Source: Gracilinanus agilis (lineage: Eukaryota). Taken from it: a stretch of DNA of 64,000 nucleotides. Of this stretch, positions 52,770 through 64,000 are shown piece after piece; position 1 is the first letter of the stretch; the number at the start of each line of letters is the position of its first letter. Where the stretch lies: assembly GCF_016433145.1 (NCBI RefSeq), contig NC_058135.1, positions 279,931,875 through 279,995,874 on the forward strand, given 5' to 3'. The position numbers and the translations under genes are program-made. Below the pieces are notes generated by a model. It worked only from the letters and a program-made list of their open reading frames with translations. It had not been told where the DNA came from and did not search any database.

Positions 52770-52948
52770 TTTTTAAACCCTCAACTTCTGTGTATTGGCT
52801 CCAAGGCAGAAGAGTGGTAAGGGTGGGCAATGGGGATCAAGTGACTTGCCCAGGATCACACAGCTGGGAAGTGTCTGAGGCCGGATTTGAACCTAGGACC
52901 TCCTATCTCTAGGCCTGACTCTCAATCTACTGAGCTAACCAGCTGCCC
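52770..52948 (-). mobile_element. Young opossum SINE1 with a (GTTT)n tail
   Basis: Near-consensus match to the other copies. Confidence 0.9.
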
Positions 52949-53316
52949 TGATAAAAATCTTTGGAAAAGAAAAAAGTGTGCCCTAACAGTTGGTACCATT
53001 GGTCAAAAAATTGGATGAATTCTTCTCCTGGATAAGAAAGGACCTGGTCAGAAAGGTAACAAAGAAAAAGTAACAAAGCACCATGGATAGATGGTTTCAT
53101 TGATGAATAGCTTCACCTAACCATAGTCCTGACAGCTAGTAAAGGACAGACACTCTTACCACATTTGCTGTTCCATTTGTAATAAACACTCAAGCTTAAT
53201 GAGTTGGTTTAGATGTTGAGATTTTCATAATAACATAAAAAACTTTCTATCATGCCATGAAGACTTTTTGCTAAAAACAAATACAGAATAAGAGCTCTGA
53301 AAAGATAAAGTTCATT

Positions 53317-53740
53317 GTGTGTGTGTGTGTGTGTATGTATATATNNNNNNNNNNNNNNNNNNNNNNNNNNNNNNNNNNNNNNNNNNNNNNNNNNNNNNNN
53401 NNNNNNNNNNNNNNNNNNNNNNNNNNNNNNNNNNNNNNNNNNNNNNNNNNNNNNNNNNNNNNNNNNNNNNNNNNNNNNNNNNNNNNNNNNNNNNNNNNNN
53501 NNNNNNNNNNNNNNNNNNNNNNNNNNNNNNNNNNNNNNNNNNNNNNNNNNNNNNNNNNNNNNNNNNNNNNNNNNNNNNNNNNNNNNNNNNNNNNNNNNNN
53601 NNNNNNNNNNNNNNNNNNNNNNNNNNNNNNNNNNNNNNNNNNNNNNNNNNNNNNNNNNNNNNNNNNNNNNNNNNNNNNNNNNNNNNNNNNNNNNNNNNNN
53701 NNNNNNNNNNNNNNNNNNNNNNNNNNNNNNNNNNNNNNNN

Positions 53741-53788
<48 letters not shown>
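53317..53788. repeat. Compound microsatellite (TG)n(TA)n-gap-(TA)n(GA)n
   Basis: Seen directly on both sides of the N run 53345-53740. Confidence 0.95.
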
Positions 53789-53794
<6 letters not shown>

Positions 53795-54159
53795 TTTGGG
53801 AATGGGATAAAATCTAGATGGATAGATCACTTGAACAGTCAAGAAAAGGGAGAATCACAAACAATGTGAATAAGTAACAATGTTTGATCTCTAGGCATTT
53901 TCTCTGGCTCTCCCCCATGTCTGAAATAGAGTCTTTCTTCATCTCTCCCTGATGGCTTCTGGGAAGTCCCAATTAAAATCTTATCTTCTCCTGGAATGCT
54001 TTTTAGACCTGTTTCATTCTAGTGCCTTTATCAGTTAGGTATTTCCTAATTATCCTGTTTATGGCTTGTTTGTATTTATTTGTTTCTTTTTTCTACCATT
54101 ACATGATAATCTCTTTAAGGTCACATTCTGTCTTTTGCTTCTATTTGTATCATCAGTGC

Positions 54160-54340
54160 TTAGTTTGAGCTGAAACCCCAGCTTGTTTTTCTCCCCCTAT
54201 AAAAGAAAACATAACTTTCAATAAAGTTGCCTTGCTTGCCATGAGTGGCTTGGCCCTCCTAACCTCACAACATTTGTCTCATTCTTCTTACCATATATCA
54301 TTCTTCTTATCCCTTCAATGGTCCCCAGACATCGACAATT
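54160..54340 (+). mobile_element. LTR 3' fragment at a cassette junction
   Basis: CCTATAAAAG followed by AATAAA, ending ...ATCGACA; absent from paralogs. Confidence 0.5.
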
Positions 54341-55507
54341 CCACAATGACTTTTTTTGCTAAAAAAAATACAGAAAAGGTACTTTGAAAAGATTTAGTTC
54401 ATTGTAAAAAAGAATTTTAAAATATAGAAGTAGAAACCTTTGTGAATGGGATAAGATTGAGACTGATCACTTGAAAAGACCAGAAGAGGGAGAATCAATC
54501 ACAAATAGTACAAATCAATAATAATGTTTGGTCCTGAGGCATTTTCTCTGGCTGTCCCCATTACCTGACCTAATCTCTCTGATGACTTCTAGGAAATCCC
54601 AATTGAAATCTCTTCTTTTATAGGAATGCTTTTCAGACCTCTTTCATTCTATTGCCTTTGCCTGTTAAGTATTTGCTAATTATCCTGTCTATGGCTTCTT
54701 TGTATATTTTGGGGTTTTTTTCTACCATTACATGATAATCTCTTTAAGGTCATACTCTGTCTTTTGCTTCTTTTTCTATCTTCAGTGCTTAGCAAAGTGA
54801 CTAGAAGATGATAGGCACAAAATGAAGGTTTATTGGTTAATTATTTGATAAAGTAGAAAATATAAATCTCCTAGATAAAGAACACATCTGTGTAACAAAC
54901 GAAAGATGAAATGAATGAGGAAACAAAGGTTTAATCTTCTGAGCATATCAATTTATTAAACAATTTATGACAATTGCCAACAAAATAGGACCAGTCTCAT
55001 TCCTCAGCTTAAGGCTGAATATTAAACAGGGGAAGACAGACTTTTATGCATTAAAAATAATCAAATAAATTCAATTAATTACAAGTAATCAATACTCTAA
55101 GGAACCATAGTTTTCATTGGAGGTACAATTGGAATCATTCCAAGTTGAGAGGGAGAGAGTAACAGGTCCAGTTTTCTGAATTCAAGAAAAGAATTGTTCC
55201 TCTCTTCCCAAGCCTTTGTAAACAATCAAAAGAACATGGAATCAATGACTGACTGATCAGTATAGGGCCAGTTTTCAGATAAGACATATGGGTTGCTTGA
55301 GATGTACAATTATGGGAAAACCCTTTGCATGAACCTGAGGATCTAACTGTACTTCTGGTCAACAGAAACTAGGTCCTTAAAGTTCTCCAAATAGCATGTA
55401 CAGTTGGTTCATACAGGCCATATATGGCTAGGTTAAAACAATGCAATAAGGTATTCTCCCAGTTTCTGCAAATGAATAAACTTTTCTCACAAGACAGAAC
55501 TAGGCCC

Positions 55508-56376
55508 TGTTATGTTTGTAATAACAGGGATATTGGGAAGCTGATGGTCTGGCCAGGGCCAGGTGCCTGCAAGACCCATTTCTCCCCCACAGACAGGCTT
55601 GAGTGAGTAGGGAGGGGGTAAGGTACTTCTTGCTCTCAAACCCCTCCCCTAAGCAGTTGGTTTTCAGTTGAAGATGGAGACAGGGCAGTGTGTCTTCAAG
55701 CAAGATTCAGCAAAAGCAAATCTTTAATGATGTTCCCTTTCTCAATCTTATGTTCCCCACAGGTCTGATTGAGGGTCAAAGGAGAAGATTGATCTCTTGA
55801 TGTTAAGGACGGAGAAGGAACTGACTTCATAGGCTGGCAACTGACAGGAACCAAGCTTAATGGCTGTGTGAGTATACCCAAATAATACCCAGGCACTGCT
55901 ATTAAAGATAAAGCATATATTGATAAAAGAAGGAAGGGGAAGGCAGGGAAGGGGTATCAAGGATTTGGATAAACTGGGAAACCCTGATCAGTTAGGTAGA
56001 AACTGCCCCTCCCCCCCAGGAGGGAGTGGCAGATCTTTAGCTAACTTGCCCTCAAAGCTAATAGTCATTATTCCTAATATCTAAATAACTAAATAAATAA
56101 TTAAAATGCTATTGCAATGAAAGTCTAATCCCACTAGACAGGCAAACTCCTGAGTAGAAACCACAATGGCTTTTGCCACTATGGTCTCCCAGGCAAATCC
56201 AAACCAGGAACCGCGAGCAGAGAAACCTGCTCCCCTCAACTCCCAGAAATCAACTGTTTAACTCCCTACCAACTGCCCCTCACCCAAAGTTCTCCGGGGG
56301 AGGGTCCCCTGAAATTCTGGGTGAGGCTTGACCCTGTATTTTGCAGAAATTCCACCCTGCCATTTTCTACATTACA
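55508..56376 (-). mobile_element. Solo ERV LTR
   Basis: TG...CA termini, TSD GCCC/GACC, and empty sites at ~41330 and ~63345. Confidence 0.85.
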
Positions 56377-58548
56377 GACCATAATTGAATAGAAAGAGAA
56401 CTGAGCTAACTCCAGAATTGAGTCACAAATTGGAGTCAGTGTGGTTCACTCAATTCCCACAATCAATGACTTACTGTCCTAAGTTCCACAATTCCTTCAT
56501 TTGTTTAAAAAACTTCTGGGAAAACTAGATAGTATTCTGACAGCAATTGGGTTTAGACCAATACATTACACTATATTCTATAATACATTATAAGTGAAAA
56601 GTTAGCCTTAAAGAACATTATATAACATACATAAAAAAATATTAGATCATATACTTCTTACAGCTAGGAGTAAGAGATGTATTCTAAAGCATATAAGGAA
56701 TAGGAGATAATTAAAAAGATAAAATCAATTGCTTTGATTTAAATATAACTGAAAATCTTCTACACAGATAAAAATAAAACACCTAAAATAAGAAGGAAAT
56801 AAGTAGAATGGGGAAAAAATATTTGTGTCAAATTGTACTGATAGGAGATTGATGTCTAAGATTATATTATTTATTTGTGTATTCATTTGGATGTGTATAT
56901 ATATATATATATATGTAATTACATATGTATGGATAAGGAGATAGAAATATATAAATATATTTGATGACAATTCCCAAAAATAAGAAAAATATAAAACTAA
57001 ACAAATCTGAGGCTTCAGCTTCCACCATACAAATGACAAAGATAATTAAAAAATGTCAATAATCAATTATGGAGAGACTGTGGGGTGATAGACACACTAA
57101 TACTTTGTGAGTAGAGCTGTGAAATAGTACCATAATCTTGGAAAGTAAAATGAAATTCTGCTAATAAAGTGAATAAAATTCCCATATGCTTTGAATCAGA
57201 GACTCATCTCTAGGCTTATGACCCAAGGTAGGCACTAATGAGAAGGAAGTCCCCATATTCAAGAAAATAGGTAGAACAATGATTCTGAAAATAGTAAAAA
57301 TTGGCTGCCCATCAAAAGGGGAATGACTAAAAGAACTGATGCAATGGAATATTGATGTGCTATAAGAAATGCTGTATCTGATGAATACAGAATACAATGG
57401 TGAGGGGTTAGGAGGAAATGACTTTAGAATAGATATTAGGAAAATGTTTCTAAGCCATTACTGCTGTACAAAACTAAAATGTATACTTTCAAAAGACAGT
57501 GGCTTAAACCCCTTTGTAGGTCTTTAAACAGAAACTGGATTTCTTCCTGAGAACGTGGAATGGAGACTTTTTTGTTATAAGGTAGGTAATAGGATTACTG
57601 AGGTCTCTTCCAACTCTCAAATTCTTTTATTCATTGATTCTAATTCTAATGATGTGAATTTATTTATTAATGATAACATAGAAGAGGAAACATCACAAAG
57701 AAAAAACAAACCTCAGTAATTTTTTATATGCAGGCCAATCCATATAAATTAGGCACTTTTCTCCCTCTATATAAAAGGCTTAGAATTCAAAAAAAATAAT
57801 GTACAAAAGGCTGGCCTACAATTAAGTCAGTCAAATCAGTGAACAAAATGTCCTGAGTACTTACTATGTGCCAATCTCTTGCAAGGTCCTGTCTGTGACT
57901 GCTTGTGTGAACAAATATAATTAATTTAAACTCTAAGATCTCCCAACAAACTCTTCAAGAATATATGTTGAGCAAAGGTTGCCAGTCCACAGCAGAACAG
58001 GGAGTTATCACACTGGGAGAAATATACATCACTTCTCTCCCACTTGACAACTCTTGTCAAGTTCAAAAGAATGGGGACAATAATGGCTGATTTTCTACTA
58101 GTCTTTTTAGCAAAACTTTGAGATCAGTAATGCAGTGGTGATGACCCATCTCTTCAACTCACTCAACCATAGTCTGCCCAGAATCACATGATGAGTAAAT
58201 ATGGCAGACCCATAAGGGCTGATGTGCACAACAAATCATAATTTTCTGTGATATAGGAATTCTTTGAAAGTTCCTATGAAAAAATGAAGAGACAAAAAAT
58301 TTAAAAGTCCCATTAACTGAGAGATGAAGTCAAGAAACATTCAGAATACACAAATTTTTAGAAATTATAGATCATGAAATCAGACACAGGAAGATAGTTA
58401 GGAAAGATATTATAAAATGTAAGAGAAAGAGAGAATTTATTGCATATAATCTATGAAAATAAAGTGTGTGAACCCAGAAGATGTTGTATATTAAAGAAAA
58501 TAGAAGACAAATACTTGAGTACTTTACTCCTTAATTAAAAGGAGATGC

Positions 58549-59478
58549 CTAGCTAAGATTTTGTCTTCCCATGATTTTCCTAAAAGCATTGCTGACTTCT
58601 TTATTTCTTAGACTATAGACAAGAGGATTCAACATGGGGATGACCATGGTGTAGAATACTGAAGCCACTTTGTCTGAGTCCATGGAATGGCTAGAGCTAG
58701 GTTGTAAGTACATGAAGATTATTGTTCCATAAAATATAGATACAGCTGTGAGATGAGAAGCACAAGTAGAAAATGCTTTCTGGCGACCCTCAGCTGAACG
58801 CATCCTCAAAATGGCAATGAAAATGGAAAAATAGGATTTCACGATGAAAAAAAGGGTAAGAGAAGCATTGAAACTAACACCAAAGAAGAGAACCAATTCA
58901 TGGACATATGTAAGAGAGCAGGAGAGAACAAAGAGGGGAGGGACATCACAGAAAAAGTGATGGATCACATTGGAATTACAAAAGTGAAGGCTGAAAGTGT
59001 TTGCTGTGTGAAGGGACGAACAAACAAAACCAAAAATATAGCATCCAATAACTAGACGGACACACACACTGGGTGTCATGGTGGTGGTGTAATGGAGGGG
59101 CTTACACACAGCTACCTGACGATCATAGGCCATAACAGCCAGAAGATAACTTTCAATAGTGACAAAGTGCACAAAGAAGAACATTTGTGCAGCACATTCA
59201 CTATAGGAGATGGTTTTGTCCCCTGGGAGGAATCCAGCTATCACTTTAGGAGTAATGGCAGAAGAATAGCCAAGATCAGTCAGAGACAGGTTACTGAGGA
59301 AAAAGTACATGGGTGTGTGGAGACGGGGGTCCCACAATATCAGGATTATCATACCCACATTCCCCACCAGGGTGATGAGGTAGATGATAGTGAATATTAT
59401 GAAGAGGGGGACCTGAAGCTCAGGGGCATCTGTCAATCCCACAAGGATGAACTCCTTCACCTCTGAGCCATTCTCCAT
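58549..59478 (-). CDS. Olfactory receptor, OR5B-like (G4), 309 aa
   Basis: Complete ORF starting MENGS at 59476-59478. It is the only one of the four with all canonical cysteines (C95, C125, C167, C177, C187) and no extra ECL2 cysteine. Confidence 0.95.
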   Translation of the reverse strand: MENGSEVKEFILVGLTDAPELQVPLFIIFTIIYLITLVGNVGMIILILWDPRLHTPMYFFLSNLSLTDLGYSSAITPKVIAGFLPGDKTISYSECAAQMFFFVHFVTIESYLLAVMAYDRQVAVCKPLHYTTTMTPSVCVRLVIGCYIFGFVCSSLHTANTFSLHFCNSNVIHHFFCDVPPLFVLSCSLTYVHELVLFFGVSFNASLTLFFIVKSYFSIFIAILRMRSAEGRQKAFSTCASHLTAVSIFYGTIIFMYLQPSSSHSMDSDKVASVFYTMVIPMLNPLVYSLRNKEVSNAFRKIMGRQNLS

Positions 59479-59924
59479 AAATACTTGTAGTGATTTGGGT
59501 AATTCCCTTGGGAAAGAGAAAAACAATCATCAGAATAGTCATGAGCAATTATCTTTGTCTTATGAGAGTGATAGAATCATATATTATGTAAGATTATACT
59601 ACAAAATTCTGTTATATGAAAATTGGGTTTTTACAAGGTCATGCAAATGTTGTAGTTGTAATGTTTCAGCACACATCATAACTAGTGCCCCATACTGATT
59701 AAGATCATTCCTAAACACTTTCCTGAAATTCTACAGCACCTTTGACCTCCATTTTTACTTTGTATAAGCCACAAATATTGTAATCATACTCTTGATATAT
59801 TACTGAAAATCATGAATTTCTTCTTTTGAGCATAGTCTTCTATCTTTAAATTATGTATTTTCTATATAAATAGGGTTTTCTACAAGTATGATATAAAATC
59901 ACTGAAGATGCAAATATGTGTGTG

Positions 59925-59955
<31 letters not shown>

Positions 59956-60088
59956 CACGTGCATATCGGGGAGGAGATTCTCAGAGATTAGCACAATGTT
60001 TGGAATATAGTAAAAAATAAATACTTGTTGAATTAATTGCATGACTAGAATTGAACACATATGATCAAGAATTTCTCCATAAAGTCTT

Positions 60089-60248
60089 TTTTTTAAACCC
60101 TTACCTTCCATCTTGGAGTCAATATTGGCTCCAAGGCAGAAGAGTGGTAAGGGCTAGGCAATAGGTGACTTGCCCAGGGTCACACAGCTAGGAAGTGTCT
60201 GAGGTCAGATTTGAACCTAGGACCTCCCATCTCTAGGCCTAGCTCTCA
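60089..60248 (-). mobile_element. 5'-truncated SINE1 in the G4 intron
   Basis: TSD TCCATAAAGTCTT at 60076-60088 and 60249-60261. Confidence 0.9.
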
Positions 60249-61325
60249 TCCATAAAGTCTTAAACATTTGTTCACTTAAATTTTAGGTCATCTATTCCAT
60301 CCCTTCGTGTATAGGTGATTTGCCCAAAGTCTACATAACTAAGCCAGGATTTGAACAATCATACTCTGGTTGCAAATATTTACCCCTTTAAGGAACCCTG
60401 GATTGGAGAAAAGATTATAGTTAACAGTGCTGGGTACTAGTCCTTTGATTACCACTAATTTACTCTGAACTTTAGGCAGGTCACCTCCCCAACATATGTC
60501 TCCATTACAATACCTATGGGATGAGGGAATAAAGACTAGGTGGCTTTTTTGCATCCAAAATGTACACTGTTACCTATGCAATTATAACACTTTAAGACAT
60601 TTTCTACTAAGATGAAAATATGACTAATAAAAACTGGAAGAGATTTTTAATATTCAGAGTTCACAGTTCCTTATGTAGAGCTTTGAAATCAATGGGAGAA
60701 CAAATGATTAGTATTTGAAATAATGGCAATTGATGGTATGACAAGACTGATTTATTTAGGGGGTGAAGGTTTACATTTGAATTTCATTTCTGCCATTTTC
60801 TACATATCTTTTCTCAGTCAAGACCCATTAGCATCTGAGTCTCACTTTCTTCAGTTATAAAAGTGGATTATCCATCAGGTGTTTTCCCATTCAAACTTAA
60901 GATCTATGAGGGACATAAGTGGCATAGAAGATAGAGTGAAGGATGTAGAATCAGGAAGAACTGACTTCAAACTCTAAGAAATTTGCTCTCTGTATGAACC
61001 TCAACAAGTCACATAATATCTCTCAGCCTCAGTTTCTTCATCTCTAAAATAGCATCTGCCATCACAAGGCTATCATGAGTATCAACTGAAATTTTATAAA
61101 CGAAAAGTGTTTTAAGAACCTTTAAGTACTAAATAAATGTTAGCTAGCATTCTTAATTATCTGAATAGATTAACATGAAACATTATGAAAATGGCAGTTC
61201 CAAATCTCTAACTTTAAACCCTTTATCTCCCCATACCTCGAAGACGAAGATTTATTTTTTCTTTCACATAGTACACATATTAAAGAACTGAGGGAATCTG
61301 TCACACTCTAATATCTGATGCCTAC

Positions 61326-61708
61326 CTGGGTCCTTTAAGATGATGACAAGATTTCAGGTGGAAGGAGTAAGTAGCTTCACCTAAAGATAAGTCTTCAATA
61401 ATAAAAATGATTCAATATAATTCAATAAAATGCAAAATAATTCAATAAAAAAATAATGCAAAAACAACAGGATTTGTAGGAAGTCTTCTTGGTGTCTGGT
61501 GCTATAAATTGAGAATTTTCCAGGTCATGATCTGCTGTCCTCTGTAGCTGTTGTTCTTTGATTTTGGTGACAGTAAGATCCCAGATGAGCAAAGACAAGG
61601 GAAATTTTATTTTAATCTAATTAATACATGAATAATGACAACCAAATATCAAAATTGCCCAATGGATATTGGTCCAAATTGAGACATAAAGGACTTTATG
61701 TAGCTTTT
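61326..61708 (-). other. Predicted non-coding first exon of G4 (intron ~59507-61325)
   Basis: Donor CAG|GTAGGC; the acceptor CAG is changed to CAA with a new AG 1 nt downstream; same TATA-initiator spacing. Confidence 0.55.
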
Positions 61709-61870
61709 GATCATAAACTTGTGGTAGATTTTTATAAAAGGGGGAATGTTGGTGCTCTTATGGGACAAAAGTTACTCTGAGGACTTCCAAAGTTATTTTG
61801 CATGCACCTCTGAAAAGCACATAATAGCATATCCAGGTCTGTGGGGACTCATCATAATAATTACTAAGGG
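61708..61870 (-). promoter_or_regulatory. Putative G4 promoter
   Basis: TATAAAA at 61736-61730; TAATTA at 61858-61863. Confidence 0.55.
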
Positions 61871-62232
61871 AAATCAAGGATGTATTCAGATGTTTTTGCC
61901 AGGGTAGCTCCATGGTACACAGAGAATATGGCTGCTCTCAGAAGAGACAAGAAAGTAGGGCCATGAGCTCGCTAGGTATAGACCTGATGGAACAATGTCA
62001 TAGACATCAGGAAAATAGGTAGGGAATGTGATAAGTCCCGTTGGTCCCAGGCATAGTGCCTTCTAATAATGCAGCTTCGATTTATTTGTTCTTTGTATAA
62101 AAATGTCTGATGGGACATGGCTGAAGTATACAGAATTTTGGTAGAATAATGACAGGGATGCAAGAAAGAGGAAATAAAAGAGAACCAGTGAATCATTCTA
62201 AAAACATATAGAAAAGAATAGAAGGCATTTCT

Positions 62233-62435
62233 TTTTTTTTTTTAAACCTTCCCTTCCCTCTTAGAGTCAATACTGTGTATTGGCTCCAAGGCAGAAGAGT
62301 GGTAAGGGCTAGGCAATGGGGGTTAAGTGACTTGCCCAGGGTCACACAACTGGTAAGTGGCTGAGGCCTGATTTGAACCTAGGACCTCCCATCTTTAGGC
62401 CTGAGTCTCATTCCACTGAGCTACCCAGCTGCCCC
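62233..62435 (-). mobile_element. Young full-length SINE1
   Basis: Perfect TSD AGAAGGCATTTCT at 62220-62232 and 62436-62448. Confidence 0.92.
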
Positions 62436-63537
62436 AGAAGGCATTTCTAAAGGGGACATACAGAAGCAGCACAATTTTAATATTGTTATAAGGTATTTGC
62501 TAATTACTCTGTCTATGGCTTATTTGTATATATTTGTTTCTTTTCTCTACCATTACATGGTAATCTCTTTAAGGTCACATTCTGTCTTTTGCTTCTATTT
62601 GTATCATCAATGCTTTTCACAGTGACTAGAATAAGACAGGCACAAAATAAATTTTTATTGGTTAATTGGTTGGCAAAGTGAAAAACATAAATTACCTAGA
62701 GAAAAACATCTCTGTGTAACAAGCAAAAGATGAAATGAATGAGGAAACAAAGGTTTAATCTTCTGATAGTATCACTTTATTAAGCAATTCATGACAATTG
62801 CTAACAAATTAGGACCAAGCTACTTCCTCACTTTGGAGCTGGACATTGAATACAGGGTGAGAATGCATTAAAAACAATCAAATAAAGTCTAGTAATGAAA
62901 GGGAAACATTACATTATGTGATTAGATTTCTAATTGGAGGAAGGATTAGGGACTTTCCAAGTTGGGAGGGAGAGGGCGAAGAGGTGCAATTCTGGGAATT
63001 CAGGAAGGGTTGTCCCTCTCTTCCCAATCATTTGAAAGCAATCAAAAGAACATGGAATCAATGACTGACAGATCATCATGGGGCCAGTTTTCAGATAAGA
63101 CATAATGGTTGCTTGAGACATACAATTAGAGAAAAAAAGTAGAGGAAACTCTTTGCATCAATCAGAGGATCTGACTGTATTTCTTGTCAGCATACACTAG
63201 GCCCTTGATTAGGATTCTCTAGACAGCATGTACAGGTAGTTCAGTTTCCCAGCCATACAAGGGGTAGGTTGATGCATTGTAATAAGGATTTTTCCCAATT
63301 GTCACAACTGAATAAACTTTTCTAACAAGAAAGAAATGGGATTAGGCCCATAATTGAATAGAAAGGGAACTGAGTTAGCTCCAGAATTGAGTCACAAGAT
63401 GGAGTCAGTGTGGTTCACTCAAATCACAAAATTAACCACGTGCTATCCCAATTCCCTCAATTCCTTTATTTGTTTAAAAAAAACCACTGGGAAAACTAGC
63501 AATCTTGCATCATTTGGGTTTAGACCAATATATTATC

Positions 63538-63598
63538 TAGTGATGGGCAAACGTTTTAAAGAGAGGACCAGAGGAAAGGAAATGCTCATCTGTCGGTC
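63538..63598 (+). mobile_element. Left end of a second hAT-type MITE
   Basis: Begins TAGTGATGGGCAAAC, resembling a hAT TIR (CAGTGATGGGCAAAC); absent from paralogs at ~41520 and ~56565. Confidence 0.65.
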
Positions 63599-64000
63599 TG
63601 TTTAAAATAGACCCAAGTCAGGACCGGTACGGTAGTTTATTTACAATTAGGAAGGTAAAAGGTAGGGAAATAAAGAGAGGGAGAGGCTAGTCCAGGCCTG
63701 CAGAGGCCTGGATGGAGAGAGAGGGTTAAAAGGCTAATTAAACTAAACTACACACCACAAGACCTTAGCAATCAGATAGGCTAGAGCCTACTTAAGGTAG
63801 TCTGGAAACGCCAAGGTAGGCCAAGGAAGTCAGCCTAACTTACCTACATGACCATTCAGAATGGAAGCAGCCTGAGGTCTCAGCTGAGATGCTTCAGCAC
63901 CAAGTTCAAAGCGGGAACTGCCCCAACAGGAAGTAACCAACATACTTGAAGAGATCATGTCTCTCCTCACTTCCTGTGGGTCCACCTCTAATTCAAGTGG
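63599..64000 (-). mobile_element. Young LTR-like element running off the window, nested in a hAT MITE
   Basis: GC-richer sequence with retained CpGs (ggaccggtacgg) that interrupts the hAT-like end. Start and orientation are approximate. Confidence 0.55.

Noticed and set aside
53312-53842. Long ORFs spanning N runs (also 4207-4577)
   Set aside because: They are artefacts of assembly gaps and microsatellites.

Overview
Marsupial genomic DNA, almost certainly a didelphid opossum (Monodelphis-type SINE1, MAR1, RTE and L1 families), with two assembly gaps (4297-4459, 53345-53740). The window is a tandem array of class II olfactory receptor genes of the OR5B type, all on the minus strand. It holds four intact 309-codon ORFs (G1 9573-10502, G2 20710-21639, G3 43777-44706, G4 58549-59478) and three pseudogene remnants (psi1 ~14786-15435; psi2 33055-~37275, split by an RTE; psi3 ~50090-50285). 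The array is built from a duplicated cassette: 3' flank, intact OR, intron, predicted non-coding exon 1 and promoter, dead OR, L2, and a conserved non-coding block. Partial cassettes at both edges predict further OR genes just outside the window. Comparing the paralogous cassettes supports an inferred two-exon gene model with a positionally fixed TATAAAA, initiator, homeodomain site, splice donor and acceptor, and shows which copies lost which element. It also shows a clade-wide MAYDRY-to-MAYDRQ change, reciprocal loss of ECL2 cysteines, gene-conversion-like identical tracts, an RTE with twin-priming-type 5' inversion geometry, several solo LTRs with 4-bp TSDs and young hAT MITEs. No rRNA, tRNA gene or CRISPR array is present. 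Repeat family names come from recalled consensus sequences, and paralog identities are estimated by eye, not from database searches.
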